DNA of 64,000 nucleotides from an uncultured archaeon (GTDB taxonomy: Archaea; Iainarchaeota; Iainarchaeia; Iainarchaeales; 1-14-0-10-31-34). The notes beneath the pieces were generated by a model that worked only from the letters and a program-made list of their open reading frames with translations, was not told where the DNA came from and did not search any database. The first letter of the stretch is position 1. The number at the start of each line of letters is the position of its first letter. Location of the stretch: the NCBI GenBank assembly GCA_964608675.1, contig CAZSOZ010000001.1:128001-192000 (forward strand), in the 5' to 3' direction. Of the stretch, positions 59,637 to 64,000 are shown in pieces. The translations under genes were made by a program, and so were the position numbers.

Positions 59637-60101
59637 ATGAAAAAAAAAACAAAAAATAATAAAGGCAGTGCTATTGAACGAAACGAAAATAGCACGCTCT
59701 ACACGCGCGAGCAGACGCGCGGGCAGATCACAGCAGAATTTGTAATAACATTAATTATTTTGTTTTCTTTGTTTTCGGTTGTAGTTTTTATTTCAATTGA
59801 ACAAAAAGAAAACTTTAATTTAACTGAAAAAAAAATTAAAGCAAAAACTTTAATGGAAAAAACTGCAAGGGCTGTAAACGGAATTCATCTTGCAGGAAAC
59901 GGAAGCATTACAAAAATAAAAAAAGAATTTGATTTTGAATTAAAATTTGAAGAAAACACTTTAATGGCGTATTTTGGCAAAGGACAATTTGTTTCAACAT
60001 CTTTGACAACAAAAAATATAAGACATAGTTTGAAGACAGCAAACCCAAACACAATTGAAATCAAAAACAATAACGGAGTGATTGAAATTGAAGAACAATA
60101 A
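59637..60101 (+). CDS. Minor pilin (class III signal peptide) with in-frame palindromic insert
   Basis: RGQITAEFVITLIIL. Confidence 0.82.
   Translation: MKKKTKNNKGSAIERNENSTLYTREQTRGQITAEFVITLIILFSLFSVVVFISIEQKENFNLTEKKIKAKTLMEKTARAVNGIHLAGNGSITKIKKEFDFELKFEENTLMAYFGKGQFVSTSLTTKNIRHSLKTANPNTIEIKNNNGVIEIEEQ
59664..59720. repeat. 57-nt GC-rich palindromic insert in the pilin signal peptide
   Basis: GTGCTATT...AATAGCAC and GCGCG-AGCAGA-CGCGC stems. Confidence 0.6.
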
Positions 60102-60579
60102 AGGCCAAATTTTTACTACAGACTTAATTACTGCTTTAACAGTGTTTCTTTTTATTTTAATGATTTCAACTGCTTCAACAGGCTTAACTGAAAATTCTTT
60201 GAATCAAGAAGAAAAATATTTTGAAATGCAGGAAAAAGCATTAAATGCATCCTCTGTTCTGATTTTAACCAAAGGAGAACCAGAAAACTGGACTTCACTG
60301 GAAACAAGCCAAATTAATTCAATCGGTCTGGCAGAAGAAAGAAACACAATAAATAAAAATAAAATAAATGATTTAATTGAAAACAGAAACTATAATGAAA
60401 TAAAAGAAATTTTAGGACTGCAAAAATATGATTTTTATTTTAAGATAACAGAATTAAACGGGCAGACAATAAAAGAATTTGGAACAGCTCCTGAAAACGA
60501 AAAAAAAACCATAGTAATTGAAAGATATATTTTGTTTGAAAAAACAGAAAGAAAATTTTTGCTGGAAGTATTTGAATGA
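60082..60579 (+). CDS. Minor pilin-like protein
   Basis: NKGQIFTTDLI; G.PENW motif. Confidence 0.85.
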   Translation: MKLKNNKGQIFTTDLITALTVFLFILMISTASTGLTENSLNQEEKYFEMQEKALNASSVLILTKGEPENWTSLETSQINSIGLAEERNTINKNKINDLIENRNYNEIKEILGLQKYDFYFKITELNGQTIKEFGTAPENEKKTIVIERYILFEKTERKFLLEVFE

Positions 60580-60992
60580 AAGGATTTGTTATTTCAATGG
60601 ATGCAGTAATTGGATTAATTATTTCATTCAGCCTGCTGATTGCAGTAAACGGTTTTTTTGCTGAAAGCACATTTAATTCATTTAATGGAGCAAAATTAAA
60701 CGCAGTATCAGAAGACATTTTAAGTGTATTAGAAAAAAGCGGGAAACTGGAAAACGCAGTAAAAGAAAACAAAAACAACGAAATAGCAAAATACCTAAAT
60801 AAAACTTCAAAAAATTTGTGCTTTGAAATAAATATATACAAATATGAGTCAATGGAATTAATTAGTTCAGCAACAAAAAAAGCATGCAAAAAAAAAGAAG
60901 CAGAATTAATTATTTCAACAAAAAGAAGTTTTATAGAAAAACAAGAAATTTACTGGGCAGAAATGAAAAGCTGGCACGCGGTGAAAAAATGA
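60576..60992 (+). CDS. Minor pilin-like protein
   Basis: MKGFVISMDAVI. Confidence 0.85.
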   Translation: MKGFVISMDAVIGLIISFSLLIAVNGFFAESTFNSFNGAKLNAVSEDILSVLEKSGKLENAVKENKNNEIAKYLNKTSKNLCFEINIYKYESMELISSATKKACKKKEAELIISTKRSFIEKQEIYWAEMKSWHAVKK

Positions 60993-61858
60993 AAACAAAA
61001 GGATACATAATAAGTTTAAGCGCAATAATACTGCTTTCATCCCTGCTGTTATTTGCAATGTTTTACTCAGAAAACTCAAAACAAAGAAATATTGAAGTGA
61101 ACGAAATCATAAAATACTCAAAACTGGACTTCATTAAAGATGATTTAAGTTTTGATTTAAACAGGCTGCTGCAAACAGAAATTCAAATTAACAGAAAAGA
61201 AAACCTTGAACTTGTTTTCAGAGAAAAAATCCCTTCAGAATACAGCAAAAAAACTGCAATTCAAAACCTGAAAAACTTTATTGAAACAAAATACTCAGAA
61301 TTAAATAACGCAGAAATAAAATTAAATAATTCAAGAATAAACAACAGTGTTTTGATAAAATTCAGCAACAAATTAATTTATGAATATAATTTCAACGAAA
61401 ACTCAATTGAATTTTATGCAGAAAACACAGATACAAATCTTGTTTCAGCAGACTTAAATTTAACTGTTCACGGAACTTCAACTGAAGTGATTCTTCCTAT
61501 TCAAAGCACTGAACATAATTTAATTATAAATTTCAATTACGTGGATGAAAACACATTAAATGAAACCCACAAAAACCTAAAACTGGATTCAAGAATTAAC
61601 AACATAATCAGAATACGGTTTTCAAATGAATTAAATGATGAAATTGAAATTAATTTAGGAAGAATTCAAGGAAAAATTAATGCAGTTAAAGTCTGGAACA
61701 AAACTTTAATGGAATACCCTGTATTGCTTGAATTAAAAACTGAAACAACCGGACTGAATGTGGAAAATAAATTAAATATTTTTGCAGACCTTGATTTAAA
61801 TTACAGTCAGACAGACTTTAATTCAAATTCATTAATTGAACTGAATCAATTTAGTTAG
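60989..61858 (+). CDS. Pilin-like protein
   Basis: Probable start MKTKGYIISLSAIILL. Confidence 0.8.
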   Translation: MKTKGYIISLSAIILLSSLLLFAMFYSENSKQRNIEVNEIIKYSKLDFIKDDLSFDLNRLLQTEIQINRKENLELVFREKIPSEYSKKTAIQNLKNFIETKYSELNNAEIKLNNSRINNSVLIKFSNKLIYEYNFNENSIEFYAENTDTNLVSADLNLTVHGTSTEVILPIQSTEHNLIINFNYVDENTLNETHKNLKLDSRINNIIRIRFSNELNDEIEINLGRIQGKINAVKVWNKTLMEYPVLLELKTETTGLNVENKLNIFADLDLNYSQTDFNSNSLIELNQFS

Positions 61859-61897
61859 GTTTATTAATAAAAAAACAGTATTATTGGTGAAAACTAA

Positions 61898-63631
61898 ATG
61901 ATTTTAAAAACAAAAATTTTTGAGTTAATAAAACTGCTTAAAACAAGAAAAAAAGCCTCAATTGAAGAAATATCAAAAGAATTAAACTGGGAAAAAAACA
62001 AGCTTGAATTAACTGCAAAAATAATGGAAAAAACAGGAATCATTAACGTAATTTATCCTGCAAACGTTTTATCTAAACCCTACATTAAATTAGAAAAAGA
62101 ACCAAAAGAAACAAAAGAAGAAATGATTCCAACAGGAAAAACTTTGCTGGAATATGAAATACAAGCAGATTCCAGAAAAGGAAAAGCAAAAATACTCCAA
62201 AAAAAAGAAAATAACCGGCCTCAATACTTTCTTGAATTCAACAAAACCGATAAAGCAACAAAAGCATTCATGGAAGAAATAAAAGAAGAAATCGCCCAAA
62301 AAATTTCCATTGACACCGAAGAAACCAAAAAAGAAAAAGAACTAAAAGAAAAATTCATAAAAAACGTGAACGAAACTTTATTGAAATACTTCCCTGAAGA
62401 CAAAAACAACACAACAAAAAAACTTGCAGGAATTTTACTGCACGAAATGTATGGATTAGGAAAAATGGAATTATTAATGAAAGACGATTTACTTGAAGAA
62501 ATTGCAATAAATTCATCAAAAACAAAAATAGCCGTATACCACAGAGAATTCGGATGGCTGAAAACAAACATTGGTCTTGACTCAGAAAACTTAATTGAAA
62601 ATTATGCTTCACAAATTGCAAGAAAAGTAGGAAGAGAAATAACCAACCTTGCTCCTATTCTTGACGCACACTTAATTACAGGAGACAGAGTTAACGCAAC
62701 CCTGTTTCCAGTATCTTCTTCAGGAAACACAATAACAATAAGAAAGTTTTCAAGAAAACCATGGACAATAACAGATTTTATAGGAAAAGAAAAACACACA
62801 ATGAATTCAGAAATGGCAGCATTCTTATGGCTTGCAATACACTATGAAATGAATTTAATGGTGGCAGGCTCAACAGCATCAGGAAAAACTTCAGCCCTAA
62901 ACACTCTGTGCGCAATGATTCCAAGCTATCATAGAATCATTACAATAGAAGACGTAAGAGAATTAACTCTTCCAGATTACCTTAAATGGAACTGGGTGCC
63001 GTTAACAACAAGAAACCCCAATCCAGAAGGATTAGGAGAAATAAGCATGTTTGATTTAATGATGAGCTCATTAAGAATGCGTCCTGACAGAATAATTTTA
63101 GGGGAAATGAGAAAAAGAAAAGAAGCAGAAGTATTATTTGAAGCAATGCACACAGGGCATTCAGTTTACTCAACAATTCACGCTGATTCAGGAAGACAAT
63201 TAGTAAGAAGATTAACTGAACCACCAATTGAAATTCCTTCACTGGAAATAGAAGCACTGCATTTAGCTTTAGTACAATACAGAGACAGAAAAACAAACAA
63301 AAGAAGAACACTTGAAATAAGCGAAATAGACACAGGACTGCATGAAGGAGACGTTGCAATAAACACTATTTATAGATGGAGCCCAAGAACAGATTCATGG
63401 GACAAAGTAGAAGAACCAAACAAATTCTACGGAGAATTAAACCTGCATACAGGATTAACTGAACAAGAAATAGAAAAAGATTTGGAAAGCAGAAAAAAAA
63501 TACTTGAATGGATGGCAGAAAAAAAATACAATACAGTCAACCAAGTAGGAGAAATAATGAAAAACTATTATGCAAAACCAGAAATCGTTTTAAATGCAGC
63601 AGAAAAAAAACTTGACTTAAATAAAATGTAG
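61898..63631 (+). CDS. Type IV pilus assembly ATPase with N-terminal wHTH-like domain
   Basis: GSTASGKT, LRMRPDRIILGE, GHSVYSTIHA. Confidence 0.93.
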   Translation: MILKTKIFELIKLLKTRKKASIEEISKELNWEKNKLELTAKIMEKTGIINVIYPANVLSKPYIKLEKEPKETKEEMIPTGKTLLEYEIQADSRKGKAKILQKKENNRPQYFLEFNKTDKATKAFMEEIKEEIAQKISIDTEETKKEKELKEKFIKNVNETLLKYFPEDKNNTTKKLAGILLHEMYGLGKMELLMKDDLLEEIAINSSKTKIAVYHREFGWLKTNIGLDSENLIENYASQIARKVGREITNLAPILDAHLITGDRVNATLFPVSSSGNTITIRKFSRKPWTITDFIGKEKHTMNSEMAAFLWLAIHYEMNLMVAGSTASGKTSALNTLCAMIPSYHRIITIEDVRELTLPDYLKWNWVPLTTRNPNPEGLGEISMFDLMMSSLRMRPDRIILGEMRKRKEAEVLFEAMHTGHSVYSTIHADSGRQLVRRLTEPPIEIPSLEIEALHLALVQYRDRKTNKRRTLEISEIDTGLHEGDVAINTIYRWSPRTDSWDKVEEPNKFYGELNLHTGLTEQEIEKDLESRKKILEWMAEKKYNTVNQVGEIMKNYYAKPEIVLNAAEKKLDLNKM

Positions 63632-63640
63632 GGAAAAAAA

Positions 63641-64000
63641 ATGAAAATAAAATTCATGTTTCTTTCAATTGAACAGACAGAAAACTTAAACAAAAGGCTC
63701 TTGGTTATAGGAAACTTCCTGAAAAAAATATTTATAGGAACAAAATATGATTTAAAAAAAGCAGAAATCAAAACAGAAACAGAAAACTACCTTACAGCAG
63801 CATTTATTTCAGCAGTAATTTACGGAATAATTTTTTTTACATTAATTACTGTCATGATATTCTTAAAAGAAGGATTAATTCAAACAGCATTCCCCTTAAA
63901 TTTGATTATAGGAACAATTTTTTTTGTTTTATTTTTCTTTCTTCATTTAATTTACCCTGGAATAATTTCAAACCAGCTTGCCTTCGGAATCAACCAAGAC
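63641..64000 (+). CDS. TadC/FlaJ-like pilus platform membrane protein (partial)
   Basis: MKIKFMF...LKKAEI...YL plus TM helices; follows the ATPase; runs off window end. Confidence 0.78.
   Translation, partial: MKIKFMFLSIEQTENLNKRLLVIGNFLKKIFIGTKYDLKKAEIKTETENYLTAAFISAVIYGIIFFTLITVMIFLKEGLIQTAFPLNLIIGTIFFVLFFFLHLIYPGIISNQLAFGINQD

Overview
AT-rich archaeal chromosome segment, most likely from a DPANN lineage. Iainarchaeota/Diapherotrites is my inference from the compact housekeeping content, GGGP synthase, the A-type ATPase and many basic orphan ORFs. It carries mostly core genes: elp3, tyw3, cca, EF-1beta, rad50, herA/nurA, hjc, dnaG, the S19e-L39e-L31e-aIF6-LX-pfdA-ftsY-srp54 cluster, rtcA, RPA, radA and a complete A1Ao ATPase operon. 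It also has four tRNAs (one with an 85-nt BHB intron), the SRP RNA and a type IV pilus-like cluster. Five oddities stand out. (1) A dispersed GC-rich hairpin element sits exactly 1 nt after the stop codons of dnaG and radA, open and conserved in the frame of both genes. (2) A GC-rich palindromic in-frame insert interrupts a pilin signal peptide. (3) A family-B DNA polymerase derivative is catalytically dead and lacks exonuclease and thumb domains. (4) Rpp21 (RNase P) is fused to a bacterial-type dephospho-CoA kinase and followed by bacterial-type coaD. (5) Unrelated orphans share an 'MP-K/R-rich' N-terminal tail, and two basic orphans appear frameshifted at homopolymers. All calls come from reading motifs by eye; no searches were run.
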